Shown here piece after piece: positions 49,787-60,455 of a DNA stretch of 64,000 nucleotides. The number at the start of each line of letters is the position of its first letter. Within the stretch, counting starts at the first letter, position 1. The DNA is from an uncultured virus (IMG/VR IMGVR_UViG_3300037419_003078) (lineage: Duplodnaviria; Heunggongvirae; Uroviricota; Caudoviricetes), in the IMG/VR virus record IMGVR_UViG_3300037419_003078; one strand, given 5' to 3'. Under the pieces are notes generated by a model. That model searched no databases. It had not been told where the DNA came from and saw only the letters and a program-made list of their open reading frames with translations. A program made the position numbers and the translations under genes.

Positions 49787-50147
49787 CTACTACTCCTCCA
49801 TATAGTTCGTTCACTAGCTTTAAAAATTTTGCTTCGTCATATTCGTCTAGTGCTTCATCTACTGCTTTTAATTTACTTTCATATTCTAATGATACATCAT
49901 TTAGGAACTCATTTGCAAGTTCTAATCTTTCTTTCATGCACTTGAAATTTTTTCTAAGTAGTTGTTGTTGTTTATCTGCAATGGCAACCTTTAATTCTTT
50001 ATTTTCAAAGATACTTTCAACAGTTAAACTATCTACAATAACATGAGATTTAAGAACATTATTTCGGTCTTTTCTTACAATATATCTGTCATTTGTTTCA
50101 GCTTCAACAAACACAATCTCTGATTCCATAAAATAATCTCTACTCAT
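49776..50147 (-). CDS. hypothetical protein, C-terminal IDEAL-like helix
   Basis: AVDEALDEYDEAKFLKLV. Confidence 0.5.
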   Translation of the reverse strand: MSRDYFMESEIVFVEAETNDRYIVRKDRNNVLKSHVIVDSLTVESIFENKELKVAIADKQQQLLRKNFKCMKERLELANEFLNDVSLEYESKLKAVDEALDEYDEAKFLKLVNELYGGVVDGV

Positions 50148-50159
50148 AATAAACTCCTC

Positions 50160-50669
50160 CTATGCCCACAAGCTATAACTTGTGGAAGTATTTGTGTTAC
50201 TGTTGTTTGAAACTCTACCTTTATAGATGTTTGAGAATATTCGTCTAGGGTTTATACTGTATGTAGTTTTCTCTTTTGTCTCGGTAGATATTTCAAGTTT
50301 TCTATATTTAGCCTCCTCAACTAGCAAGACAAATATTTTTGATTTTTCTTTTAGCCAATCTATATCGGTGATGTCTTTATCTAAAAACTTATCCATTTGT
50401 TGCTTAAAATAACGATAGTATTCATTGGTAGGAAGGTTTCTGTGTCCAGTACGATGAAACATTTCACATTGGTCTTTAGCCTCCTCTAAACGATATTCTC
50501 TAGCTTTACGAAGTAACATTTTAATTGTATTAATTAGGTGTTCATCTTCAAATTGGTCAGGAAATAACTTTCTTCCATCTTGTGTAGCCCAGTATTCTCT
50601 GCCACTTAGGGGGGCGAACTGCTTTTCATTGCTTTCTTCTTGACTTTTCTTTCTGCTCAGTCTAGGCAT
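50160..50669 (-). CDS. hypothetical phage protein
   Basis: W.TQDG......D.HL.N.I.ML motif. Confidence 0.55.
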   Translation of the reverse strand: MPRLSRKKSQEESNEKQFAPLSGREYWATQDGRKLFPDQFEDEHLINTIKMLLRKAREYRLEEAKDQCEMFHRTGHRNLPTNEYYRYFKQQMDKFLDKDITDIDWLKEKSKIFVLLVEEAKYRKLEISTETKEKTTYSINPRRIFSNIYKGRVSNNSNTNTSTSYSLWA

Positions 50670-50732
50670 ATAACCAACTCCTTATAAATTAATTATATTA
50701 TAATTCCCTTGCCAAGGAAAGGGTCAAAAGAC

Positions 50733-51119
50733 CTATTCCTCAACTTTTCCTTCTTCAACTTTCTTTACTTTTCCATACTCATAATCAATGTAATTTAGTA
50801 CAGTCTCTTGTAATCCTAACATTCGTTCTTCGCTTGTAATGAACTCAAACAACAGTGTGTCTTCTTCTTGTACTTCGATTATCACCTCTGACTTATCTTC
50901 CATCTCAAACGCCATGTAGTTTCCTCGTTTGTTTTTGTCAATATAATCATACTTTTGGTCAGGTAGCACATATTTACCAGTTCTACCGTTTAAGATTTTG
51001 GTTATGTTGACTCCTAGTATAGGGTTTGGAAAAGATATTTTTCCACTGTTGAGTAGTATTTCAAGCATATTTTGGGCTTTCATTCCTACGATTTTAACTT
51101 TGACTATTTCTACTTCCAT
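50733..51119 (-). CDS. hypothetical protein
   Basis: ORF with RBS. Confidence 0.55.
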   Translation of the reverse strand: MEVEIVKVKIVGMKAQNMLEILLNSGKISFPNPILGVNITKILNGRTGKYVLPDQKYDYIDKNKRGNYMAFEMEDKSEVIIEVQEEDTLLFEFITSEERMLGLQETVLNYIDYEYGKVKKVEEGKVEE

Positions 51120-51179
51120 CTCGTCACCTACTCATTATAGTTTAATTTTATATTATTAGGGAGGCTTTCGCCTCACCTA

Positions 51180-51830
51180 TTAAATCATCTCTGAGCGAAC
51201 TTTTTCTGCGAACTCTTTAATAGCTACCTCTAAGAATTGAGATTGAGTCATTCCAAGCATTGTACGAATTTCGTCCATTTCTTCTTTAGCTTTTGATTCA
51301 ATACGAGTGTTAAGTTGAGCAGTTTCTCGAACTTCATCTGCCTCAGTTTCGATAATGCCTAGCACTAATTCGTAGTTGTTGAAGTTAGCAACTTCACCTT
51401 TACGGTTCATTAACAACATTCTCCAACGTCCATCATTCATTTTTCCTAGAGTATTTTCTGCGTCTTGACGAGTAATGCGAATTTGTTTTGCGTTTAATTG
51501 TAGGTATTCACCAAAGTCTTGAACGATTACACCTGCATTTTTATTTTCAATAATACTTACTAAAGCACTATATTCACTTCTAAGTTTTAAAGCTACAGTT
51601 CCTTCTAATTGTTCTGCACTTACGTTTGTAGTTGATTTAGTTTTAGTTGTTGTCATATCAGCGACACTCTCCTTAGTTTCTGTTTTAACTTGTTTTGTTT
51701 CACTTGTTGGCATTTCTACTACTACGTCATCTAGTCCGGGAATAGTTCCTACTGAGAAATCAGCGTCATCATTCTGTTCCAGTTGTTTTCTTTTACGAGC
51801 CTCTACGATTGATTTTGTCATAATTATCAC
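51180..51830 (-). CDS. protein with C-terminal ribbon-helix-helix domain
   Basis: QLNTRIESKAKEEMDEIRTMLGMTQSQFLEVAIKEF. Confidence 0.6.
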   Translation of the reverse strand: MIIMTKSIVEARKRKQLEQNDDADFSVGTIPGLDDVVVEMPTSETKQVKTETKESVADMTTTKTKSTTNVSAEQLEGTVALKLRSEYSALVSIIENKNAGVIVQDFGEYLQLNAKQIRITRQDAENTLGKMNDGRWRMLLMNRKGEVANFNNYELVLGIIETEADEVRETAQLNTRIESKAKEEMDEIRTMLGMTQSQFLEVAIKEFAEKVRSEMI

Positions 51831-51871
51831 TTCTCCTTTTGTTATATTATATGTTTATTGCACACGTTTTA

Positions 51872-52261
51872 TTACATAAATATCATATATTCATCTTTTG
51901 AGGTTTTGATTACTCCATGATTTTCTTTTATCATAGCCATGATTGTAGCATAGACAGTAATCATGTCTTGCATAGCGTCATCTGCTCCGTAGCTTAGTTC
52001 TTTTGGTATTACCTGTCTTAATCTTGCTACAGTCCAAGTCTTAGGATTATATACGAATTTTAAGTCAATTCCTCCTTCCACAATTTCCATAAAGACCTTT
52101 CCTTCTACAACTACGAAATGTTGTTTATATGCTCCTTTGAACTCTATAATACCTTCTTCAATATCGTTAAAATCAATGTCTCTAACAATGTCCTTGTTAA
52201 GGTCTCTCCATGTTAGCATATTTTTTAATGCTTGATGATTAGGTATGCGAATAGTTATCAT
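51872..52261 (-). CDS. hypothetical protein
   Basis: ORF with RBS GGAGG. Confidence 0.55.
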   Translation of the reverse strand: MITIRIPNHQALKNMLTWRDLNKDIVRDIDFNDIEEGIIEFKGAYKQHFVVVEGKVFMEIVEGGIDLKFVYNPKTWTVARLRQVIPKELSYGADDAMQDMITVYATIMAMIKENHGVIKTSKDEYMIFM

Positions 52262-52268
52262 GATGTAG

Positions 52269-52958
52269 TTAGCCTCCGATTCTAGTGTGTTTACTTAATG
52301 ATTTTCCTTCTCTATGACCACTATTGTATGCACTACTGTCATATCCTCTTTGCACTCTTGAACGAGTACCACTAGTAAAGCTTCTTTTTTCGTATACTTC
52401 AACTAAAGCGTCATCTTTTACTAGCATAGGCATTAAGTTTAATTCTTTGACTTGCTCTGAAAACTTCTCTCTTAGACCATCTATAAAGCCTATAATAAAG
52501 TCGTTTCTTAATCCAGTGCTTTCGTATTCTTCACCTCTTTCTCTACGTTCCTTGCGTAAGTACCGTCTTACTGACTGCTCTAATACGTTGACTGCAAACT
52601 CGAAAAGTTCCTTAGCTAATTCTACGTCTCCTTTCACTCCTAAGAATATAATTCTAGATTTTCCACCACCTGTTCTTGTATATGTGTAACATCTAAAGTT
52701 GTCGCCAATTACCATAGCAAGTGATTTCTTCCAAAAAGGTGTTCTTCCTCTTTCTGTAATAGGTTCATCTACCACCTCTTTCTTTTCTTCTTCACCTCCT
52801 TCAACTTCACTCATGTCAATTCCGTGTTTAGCCATCATACGTTGTGCCATTAACAGTGCAGTTTCACATTCAGCGTCATCTGCTCCGTCACTTGCTAATG
52901 CTAATGCTTTCCTTACTTTTGCCATGATACTTTCTCTTTCTTCACTCATATCAAGCAC
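52269..52958 (-). CDS. DUF2786-domain protein
   Basis: KVRKALALA...E.ETAL.MAQRMMAKHGI; F..GF; Y..G..EG. Confidence 0.8.
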   Translation of the reverse strand: MLDMSEERESIMAKVRKALALASDGADDAECETALLMAQRMMAKHGIDMSEVEGGEEEKKEVVDEPITERGRTPFWKKSLAMVIGDNFRCYTYTRTGGGKSRIIFLGVKGDVELAKELFEFAVNVLEQSVRRYLRKERRERGEEYESTGLRNDFIIGFIDGLREKFSEQVKELNLMPMLVKDDALVEVYEKRSFTSGTRSRVQRGYDSSAYNSGHREGKSLSKHTRIGG

Positions 52959-53132
52959 CTCCTAGAATCCTGTTTTTGCTAACTCTTTATAGCAGTTTAT
53001 CATATTCTCTATTGATGTTACTCTACATAAACTTTCTGAGTCTCCATCACAAGCCTTAGTGATAAGGTCTATATAGATTGCTTTTACGAGTGGGCTTACT
53101 GTCATGCTTACCATCTCCTTAACTATATTTTA

Positions 53133-53161
53133 AGTATATCATACTGACTATCTTATGTCAA
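53133..53161 (-). promoter_or_regulatory. sigmaA-type promoter
   Basis: TTGACA-N17-TATACT with TG. Confidence 0.75.
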
Positions 53162-53825
53162 GAGTTTTTATAGAAGTTTTTTATTTTCTTCTACATTTCA
53201 TCTCTCATGTTCATGTCAGTACTCCAAGCCATTTTTAGTAATCTTTGTACTAGTGTGTCATAATCTATGCCATTCTTATTCAGGAATTTTTCTACATCTA
53301 CCTTCTGCACTATACATATCTTATCTTTTTGAACTTTCTTGGCAACCTCCTCCTTAAAGACATGTGTTGAGTCAAAACGGTAGAAGTAAAAACTAGATTT
53401 GTTAGGATTCTCATTGTATAGCACTAGGTCTACCTTTCCATCATAAATCTCTATTGTTTTTTCTCCATTTTCATATCCTCTTTTGAACTTTGTCTCCATA
53501 CCAACCATCTCCTCGGTTATATATTCTATAATTATATTATAACTGTTTCCCCAAGTAAGGGCGAACCCTTACACTACATAAGTATTGATTACTGTTAGTT
53601 CTGATTCTATATCTCTCAGATGTTCGTTGTATAGGCTTATGTCTCTTATCAACGAACCTATCAATCTACTATCAATACGTTCAACTTCTTCTAATGAAGC
53701 TAGTGACTTAACTTTTTTAAGAATTTTATTTCTGTATGAGATATGTTCAAGTTCTAGGTGTTCCTTGTGAGCAAGTAACTTTTCTCTTAAATCATTCATA
53801 CTAAACATCTCCTTATAATTTAATT

Positions 53826-54116
53826 TTATACTAGGTAGCTTTCTATTCTATGTTGCTCTACAAGTCTTTCTTCATATGATTCAAGGAAGTATTGGTCTTG
53901 ATATTCAGTTGGGAAGAATATCTTAACTCCATCATCGTCATAATTCTTTACTAGGCTTACTTCAACTACCGTCTCTCCTGTAGGTTTAGACATCAAGGTA
54001 TTGTTTAAGTATACTGCTAGTTGATTAATATTGTCTTTATTTGTGTATGTGAAGTAAGCATAGCCATTTCTTGCTCTCCATTCTACACAATATAATGGTG
54101 TATCTCTTAGGCTCAT
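53826..54116 (-). CDS. paralog family A member
   Basis: INQLAVYLN...FFPTEYQDQYFLESYEERL. Confidence 0.65.
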   Translation of the reverse strand: MSLRDTPLYCVEWRARNGYAYFTYTNKDNINQLAVYLNNTLMSKPTGETVVEVSLVKNYDDDGVKIFFPTEYQDQYFLESYEERLVEQHRIESYLV

Positions 54117-54415
54117 ACTGCACCTCCAAAATGATAGTTATAATACTCAAGTAGTCGTTCTTCATATGTCTCTACGAACTTTTGTGATTCTAACTCACTA
54201 GGTATAAAATCAACGTTATCTATTATAATACCTCTAGAGTCTATTATTTGACCGTATAGAGCAGTTAAGCCCCATCTTGTAATATATCTATTCAACCAAA
54301 CTGCTAATGCGTTTATATCTTTCTCTACTATCGTAACAGGATAGTCTATATTTACTTTGTGATTATGAAAGTATATTTTATATCTTATTGTGTTAACATT
54401 AAAATCTAGTGGCAT
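54113..54415 (-). CDS. paralog family A member
   Basis: INALAVWLN...FIPSELESQKFVETYEERL. Confidence 0.65.
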   Translation of the reverse strand: MPLDFNVNTIRYKIYFHNHKVNIDYPVTIVEKDINALAVWLNRYITRWGLTALYGQIIDSRGIIIDNVDFIPSELESQKFVETYEERLLEYYNYHFGGAV

Positions 54416-54427
54416 ATTATCATCTCC

Positions 54428-54994
54428 TTAGAATCCTATTGATACTTCAAATCCTCGTTCATACTTAGCATGAGCAAGTAGTCTTTCCTTCATTCCTGTC
54501 AAGAACTTTTGATTTTGAATTTCTTGTCGCAAGAATTTTACATGGTTTTGATAAATTCCTTCTTCATTCACAATGGAGACTAGCGTGATTCGTCTCTCAG
54601 GAAACTTTTTAAGCATATTGTTTAATGTCTTACATAGTTGACTAATTCCACTAAGTTTTAGTGTCATATTCTGAGCCTTCTGACCTTTTACAGATGTTGT
54701 ATTAGGATTGTATTCAAAGAAGTAAATCTTATATATTGTTTCTTTCTTTTTAGTCAAGTTAATCGCCTCCTCACGAGAATTTACTTTGGTCATCTTTTCT
54801 AGTCTATCCTCGTATATAAAGTTAGAATCGAATGTTGTTGGACTTCCATTTAAATCTATTGTTACTTTTCCTCGATAACAACTACCATGAAGATAGTTGT
54901 ATCCTGCAATTTCTATAATGTCACCTGATTCATCTGTAAAAATCTCTCCTATTCTATGTTTAAATGTAAATACTTGTGGTAGATAGTTGTTCAT
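54428..54994 (-). CDS. paralog family A member with extra N-terminal domain
   Basis: ISQLCKTLN...FLRQEIQNQKFLTGMKERL. Confidence 0.65.
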   Translation of the reverse strand: MNNYLPQVFTFKHRIGEIFTDESGDIIEIAGYNYLHGSCYRGKVTIDLNGSPTTFDSNFIYEDRLEKMTKVNSREEAINLTKKKETIYKIYFFEYNPNTTSVKGQKAQNMTLKLSGISQLCKTLNNMLKKFPERRITLVSIVNEEGIYQNHVKFLRQEIQNQKFLTGMKERLLAHAKYERGFEVSIGF

Positions 54995-55005
54995 GACATC
55001 ACTCC

Positions 55006-56052
55006 TTATCGTCTACTTCCGAATCTAGACATTGGTCTAGTCGTCTCGTTATTTTGTTGTGGTTGAATATTAAACTCTACTGTCGGTGCTTCAAATCCGT
55101 ACTCACTGTTTTGATAAATCCAATCTAATCCTTGAGGTGTAATCTTTCTACCACTTCTTGTTCTATCCATTAGTCGTTTTTGAATTAGATATGGTTCAAT
55201 AATAGATTGTATTGTATTCTTATCAATGCTTGTTGCTGTTGCAATAGTGTCAATTCCTATCGGTGTAGATTGAGTAGCTAAGTATTCTAAAATTTTATAG
55301 TCTTCTTCATCTAATCCAATTTCATCAATTCCTAGTAACTCGAACTGGTCTTTCGTACATTCTTCATTAATAACGTATTCTCCTGTGAACCATGAGTATT
55401 CCTTGCAACGATTGTAATAATTGATAGCAATACGAGCAGTTCCTTTAGAACGTTTTGCAATATCTAATAATGCTTGTTCAGTTATCTTTACACTTTCTCT
55501 TTCTGCTAAGTTATTGATAATACCTGATACTTCATCTTCTGTGTATTTTTGTAGTACAAAGCCTAGTCCGAATCTGTCTCTGAGTGGTTGAGATAAATCT
55601 CCTGCTAAGGTAGTAGCACCAATTAATGTGAATGGTGGTATCCAAAATCGTTCCATTTTATCTCTGCCAAAGTTATCTTTTACTGCTACTTCAATAATGA
55701 AGTCTTCCATAATCGGATAAAGTAGTTCTTCAATCTTCATTGGTAGTCTGTGAATCTCGTCAATGAATAATATGTCGTGTCTGTCTTCACTTAGATTAGC
55801 AAATATATTCTCTAAGTCATCTAAGCTATTTACGTTACTTGCCATTACCTCATGGAACTTAACTCCTTGTTCCTCTGCAATAATTCGTGCAATAGTCGTT
55901 TTTCCTAGACCGGGTGGACCACTTATAAGGAGGTGAGGCAACGGTCTATTCATCTTTTGACAAGCACTCATTGTAATCTTTAGTTGTTTTTTCATTCTTT
56001 CCTGTCCAATGTAATTCTCAAATGTTAATGGTCTGTTTGCCATAATTACCAC
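55006..56052 (-). CDS. ruvB: Holliday junction branch-migration ATPase RuvB
   Basis: RP..F..YIGQ, GPPGLGKTT, FIDEIHRL, FTLIGATT, PLRDRFG, IEPYLIQ. Confidence 0.93.
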   Translation of the reverse strand: MVIMANRPLTFENYIGQERMKKQLKITMSACQKMNRPLPHLLISGPPGLGKTTIARIIAEEQGVKFHEVMASNVNSLDDLENIFANLSEDRHDILFIDEIHRLPMKIEELLYPIMEDFIIEVAVKDNFGRDKMERFWIPPFTLIGATTLAGDLSQPLRDRFGLGFVLQKYTEDEVSGIINNLAERESVKITEQALLDIAKRSKGTARIAINYYNRCKEYSWFTGEYVINEECTKDQFELLGIDEIGLDEEDYKILEYLATQSTPIGIDTIATATSIDKNTIQSIIEPYLIQKRLMDRTRSGRKITPQGLDWIYQNSEYGFEAPTVEFNIQPQQNNETTRPMSRFGSRR

Positions 56053-56074
56053 TTCCTCTTTTGATGTTATCTTT

Positions 56075-56106
56075 ATTTTAACATATCAGTTTTAAATAGT
56101 CAACTG
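56075..56106 (-). promoter_or_regulatory. sigmaA promoter with CAGTT-N10-AACTG operator-like repeat
   Basis: TTGACT-N17-TAAAAT; inverted repeat 56087-56106. Confidence 0.7.
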
Positions 56107-56153
56107 TTTTTTATAATTTAATTTTATACCCTAAGGAGAAGGAGGAATGATAA

Positions 56154-57203
56154 TCAATCCTCGTCTCCATCATAATCATCAGTGTAGCTATCTTCATAGT
56201 GCTCATAATCGTAATGATATCTATTGCTTTCAACCACTCTATTAAATAATGTATCGTTGTTCTTGTGCTCACACCACATTGAGTATAGAACCTTGAATTG
56301 ACTGCCACTCCAAAGTTTAACATCAAACTTCATTTCAGTGTTATTAGGCTTATAGATATATCTGCTAATCAAGAAGGTTTTTTCTTCATATTGGAATAAT
56401 TCTAGTCGTAGTATCCAATCTGTACCACCTAACTTCCAATCGTAGAATGTACTATGTTCATTGTCTAATTGGTGTTTGTTTCTACGTTTACTAATTCGAG
56501 ACATTACATCATCTAAGCTAAAGTGACCAATGTTACGTCTATTAAATCCTTCACGCTCTCGTCTTGAGAAAATCCAATTATCTTTGTATTCAACATTTCT
56601 ATACCAATCATCAATTGCTTCACTGCGTTGGTCTTCATTTGAACAATCTACGAAGTTAGGTCTTGGAAAAATGTCACTAGTAATTAATTCCATTAACATA
56701 CTTTTTTCACTCCTTCTTGGTTCTTTGTAGCTTGCATAATAACTTCCTAATTCTAAGAAAATATCATCTTCTTCTTGTGGTTCTACTGGCTCTGAAACAC
56801 ATTCATCAATATCAAAGAATACATCTTCATCATTTGAAGTACTTGGTGTTATTGTTACTGGCAAATCAACTAAGTACTCACTCCATCTTTCTCTTGCTTC
56901 TTGTAGCATTTCAGGTGTGAAATGTAGCATTTGATGGGCAGAATGTCCACGCTCAACATAAGATGGTCTAGTTACTCCTCTAGGCATTGCATTTGGGCTA
57001 ACATCTACCATTTCACTTATAGAATCTACTGTATCTACTCTTACAGGTGGTAAGTTGCCAGTGTAATTATTTATCATTTTTCTACTGTTCAATAAAGCCT
57101 CTCTTAATTCATCTGTATTACTGAAAACATCACTATCTGACTCTGATAGTTTATTTAAGATATATTCATATACTGCGTCATCATTTCTTGGCATACTTAC
57201 CAC
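56154..57203 (-). CDS. acidic hypothetical protein
   Basis: 349 aa ORF with RBS. Confidence 0.6.
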   Translation of the reverse strand: MVSMPRNDDAVYEYILNKLSESDSDVFSNTDELREALLNSRKMINNYTGNLPPVRVDTVDSISEMVDVSPNAMPRGVTRPSYVERGHSAHQMLHFTPEMLQEARERWSEYLVDLPVTITPSTSNDEDVFFDIDECVSEPVEPQEEDDIFLELGSYYASYKEPRRSEKSMLMELITSDIFPRPNFVDCSNEDQRSEAIDDWYRNVEYKDNWIFSRREREGFNRRNIGHFSLDDVMSRISKRRNKHQLDNEHSTFYDWKLGGTDWILRLELFQYEEKTFLISRYIYKPNNTEMKFDVKLWSGSQFKVLYSMWCEHKNNDTLFNRVVESNRYHYDYEHYEDSYTDDYDGDED

Positions 57204-57227
57204 TCCTTAGAATTTAATTTTATACTA

Positions 57228-58391
57228 TTAGTTGGCTTTGTTTTCCTCCATTTGGAACTCTAGTAACAACTTTTCTTCTTTTAATAACTTCATATCGTTT
57301 TCAGTTGATTCTCGTCCTGCCTTGTAGCCACTTGACCATTCATTCTTTTCATTTTGGTCTAGCAACTCCATCATTTTAGCATAATCATCATCACTCATAA
57401 GGTGTTCTAGGTTACGCTTTATAATAAAGTCGTAGATGTTCTCGTAATCTTCTTTACCATCATTCTTGTCATTAGATTTAGTGCTAGACATCTTTCCTGT
57501 TCTATCGAACCGAAATTCATCGTACCAACCATCATCGTAGTTTTGATAACCATATTGACTTCCGTAGTAATTTCCATACCAACCATTTAAGTTTTCCTCG
57601 AACTTTAAAGGCGTTTGTTCCAACTGTTGAATAGGTGTGTTCTCAGTTACATCAAACTGCATAATAATATCTTCTTTTGGGTGGAAATATTGGATATTAT
57701 CTGTTCTAATAACATATTGATTGCTATGGTGAGAAGTAATATTTGTAGTGTTGATACCAGTTCTAATGAAAGCCTCTTGACTAGCGAACACTGTGATGTT
57801 TAATTCAGGAATATAAGCGAATGTAGTAGGGTTACTGTTACGGAAATAGTTTAAGATATTTCTTTCTTCTTTTCTAACAAAGGCTACTGCATAAACACCA
57901 CTTAATTTTTCTGCTACTGTTTTAGTATTTTCTCTTTCATTTTTCATTTCTTTATCAACTAGTCGGAAGATAACTTCACTATCAACTTCTGCTAATCGGA
58001 ATAAGTTCTCTGAATGGAATAACTCTCCATCATTGTAAATCATACCGTTATGAATACCAATACTTGTTGCTGATTCGATAGGGTGATTATTTTCATTGAC
58101 AGAAGGTGAACCTTGTGTTGCATATCGAGTATGAATTAAAATGTTATGAGTCTTGTTGTTAATGTTTCTATCCATAAATTCTAAGTATGTGTCATATTGA
58201 GTAAATTCGTCTGCACTTACGTTATGCTTTAATACTTCATAGTTATCTTCTCCAAATACTGCAATACCTGTTGCATGAGTTCCTCGTACTTGATTCTCTA
58301 CTGCTAATTCACTTGCTAAATCTTTAATCCAATCTAATTGTTTTTGAGTTCGGTTTTTTTGATACATCATAATTCCTGCGATTCCACACAT
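57228..58391 (-). CDS. class II (Ntn) glutamine amidotransferase
   Basis: MCGIAG, RG..ATG, HTRYATQG, NNHP, HNG.I.N, VDSE. Confidence 0.92.
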   Translation of the reverse strand: MCGIAGIMMYQKNRTQKQLDWIKDLASELAVENQVRGTHATGIAVFGEDNYEVLKHNVSADEFTQYDTYLEFMDRNINNKTHNILIHTRYATQGSPSVNENNHPIESATSIGIHNGMIYNDGELFHSENLFRLAEVDSEVIFRLVDKEMKNERENTKTVAEKLSGVYAVAFVRKEERNILNYFRNSNPTTFAYIPELNITVFASQEAFIRTGINTTNITSHHSNQYVIRTDNIQYFHPKEDIIMQFDVTENTPIQQLEQTPLKFEENLNGWYGNYYGSQYGYQNYDDGWYDEFRFDRTGKMSSTKSNDKNDGKEDYENIYDFIIKRNLEHLMSDDDYAKMMELLDQNEKNEWSSGYKAGRESTENDMKLLKEEKLLLEFQMEENKAN

Positions 58392-58438
58392 AATATCTAC
58401 CTCTTTCGGTTTTTAGTTTTTGTTTTGTCTACTCTTTA

Positions 58439-58470
58439 ATAATAACATATCAGTTGTCATCTGTCAACTA
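58439..58470 (-). promoter_or_regulatory. sigmaA promoter with CAGTT-N10-AACTA operator-like repeat
   Basis: TTGACA-N17-TATTAT; repeat 58451-58470. Confidence 0.7.
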
Positions 58471-58485
58471 CTTTTTTAAACTTTT

Positions 58486-58860
58486 TTATGCTATATAAAC
58501 TACCATCATATTATTTCCTCGTCTAACTTCTTGAACTACGAATGAAGATAATCCTTTCAGATTGATTGCGTCTCCTTTTCTTAGTCCTAATTTCAACACT
58601 TCTTTAATATTCTTAATTCGTATAAAAGATGGTATGTTTACATCTAAACTCTTAGGTGGATTATCTATTGATATATAACCTCTACCAATAAAGTTGTATA
58701 GCAATTGTCCATTGACACATATTGTTTCTTGTCTTACATCTTCATATATTTCATCTAGTCCGAAGATAAGGTCATCTTCTTTGACATTTTGTGCTAACTC
58801 TATTTCTTCTATCTTTGTTCCTGCCATAAAACTTACTTTAGAACCTTTTCCTAACCACAT
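58486..58860 (-). CDS. paralog family B member
   Basis: IKN...GDAINLKGL. Confidence 0.55.
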   Translation of the reverse strand: MWLGKGSKVSFMAGTKIEEIELAQNVKEDDLIFGLDEIYEDVRQETICVNGQLLYNFIGRGYISIDNPPKSLDVNIPSFIRIKNIKEVLKLGLRKGDAINLKGLSSFVVQEVRRGNNMMVVYIA

Positions 58861-58977
58861 CTATATCACCTTCTTACGGTCTATTTTTAGATTATATATC
58901 AACGGAGAGCAGAGGCTTGGAGAACTATGTTCTACTTGGTCATACCCTCCGTTAATGAAAAGTTTAATATTAGACTC

Positions 58978-60279
58978 TTATACTACTTGCTTAAACATAT
59001 ATGAGCCTAATTCTTCATCAAACATTACAAGTCTTTCGTGAGAGATATCTCTCATTAGTTGATTTGTTTTATCAACTGGAAGTCTTAATCTGTCACTAAC
59101 CTTGCCAATCCAATCTGCTTCATTTTCACAATCTGTAATCTGTTGTAGAATGACAACCTCTAGAAGTTTATCTACATTTTCTCGGTCAATCATTCGTGGT
59201 GTATAGAGTTTTTCATCAATTTGTGACCATGACATACCATTGATTCTCATTAGTGATGAAGGTGTCACTGACATCTTTTTAAGAATATCATATGCAACTG
59301 GATTGATATTGTAAATCTCACCTTTTAACCATCTGATTAAAGCACTTGTTCTTAATTGTAGGCTTTCAATATCATCTTGTTCTAAGTCTGTGCTATCACT
59401 TTCTCTATCTCCTGTTCCGAAGTTTACAAATTTATCAAAGATAGTTTTCTTGAAGTCGTATTCATCTTGTTTAATAGAGATGATACCACATTGAGATAAA
59501 TCAATAGCCTTATGCAATAGGGCAACTTCTAAGGCAACTAGGGCAGTTGATACAGCAGGTGATAAGTGAGTGTCAGGGTGTCGAATCTCAACATGGAATG
59601 TAGACAATGTTCTATTTCTAAATCGACTGTGATTCATATTAAACATCTGATACTTACTGTATTTCTCACTCATTTCTTCTTTGATGACACTCATTGGTGT
59701 ATTAGTAGCCGAATAATCAAACGGTGGTCGTCTGAATAACACATATCTTGTTAATGCGTAGTCGTTACAACCACCACTAGCAATCCAATATAGTTCGGGT
59801 GCAAAGATACGGTGTAACTGATAGAAGTTAGCTAAGATAATCTCAGGAACATCTCTTTCTAATTCTGTTACATCACTATTAGTATATCCTGCTAGTAAGT
59901 GAATGTGCATACCTGTATGATGTGAAGTATAGATGTCATGTTGTTGGAATGTATCCATGATATGTTGATTCATATCATAGAATGTTTTCCAATCAAAACG
60001 TTTACCAACTGTTACAACCTCTACTCCATGTGGCACTGAACCATCTTCCATTACTTCTTTCACACCATGTTCACCATGATGATGAATTGAGCGAGAAGGG
60101 TTAAGGGCATTATTGAAAGTGTCATAAACACTACTTAGGCTCTTATTTCTAGGAACTTGAACTTCAAACTCCTCACCTACTTTTAAAATCTTACGAAACA
60201 TCATTTGCCAATACTCAACATCTCTAGTAGTCAATCTACCTAATCTATCGTTAAATAATAAGTAATCAAACATTTTCAT
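58978..60279 (-). CDS. amidoligase (glutamine synthetase-like COOH-NH2 ligase, Amidoligase_2-like)
   Basis: GEEFE, EDGS...EVVT, TGMHIH, KY..N, VEIR; start probably 60279 behind AAGGAG. Confidence 0.8.
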   Translation of the reverse strand: MKMFDYLLFNDRLGRLTTRDVEYWQMMFRKILKVGEEFEVQVPRNKSLSSVYDTFNNALNPSRSIHHHGEHGVKEVMEDGSVPHGVEVVTVGKRFDWKTFYDMNQHIMDTFQQHDIYTSHHTGMHIHLLAGYTNSDVTELERDVPEIILANFYQLHRIFAPELYWIASGGCNDYALTRYVLFRRPPFDYSATNTPMSVIKEEMSEKYSKYQMFNMNHSRFRNRTLSTFHVEIRHPDTHLSPAVSTALVALEVALLHKAIDLSQCGIISIKQDEYDFKKTIFDKFVNFGTGDRESDSTDLEQDDIESLQLRTSALIRWLKGEIYNINPVAYDILKKMSVTPSSLMRINGMSWSQIDEKLYTPRMIDRENVDKLLEVVILQQITDCENEADWIGKVSDRLRLPVDKTNQLMRDISHERLVMFDEELGSYMFKQVV

Positions 60280-60455
60280 TCGACATCTCTCCTTACAGTT
60301 CAATTATTTTAATATCTAATATTCTATCGTTTCTTTGAGCAAGATTTCTAATTGAATTTTTTTGTTCCTCGTTAGAAGGATATGGACTATATAAGTACCA
60401 ACCTTCACCTCTAGTTAACAAGATTAAGTACATATGGTCAACTCCTTATACTCTA

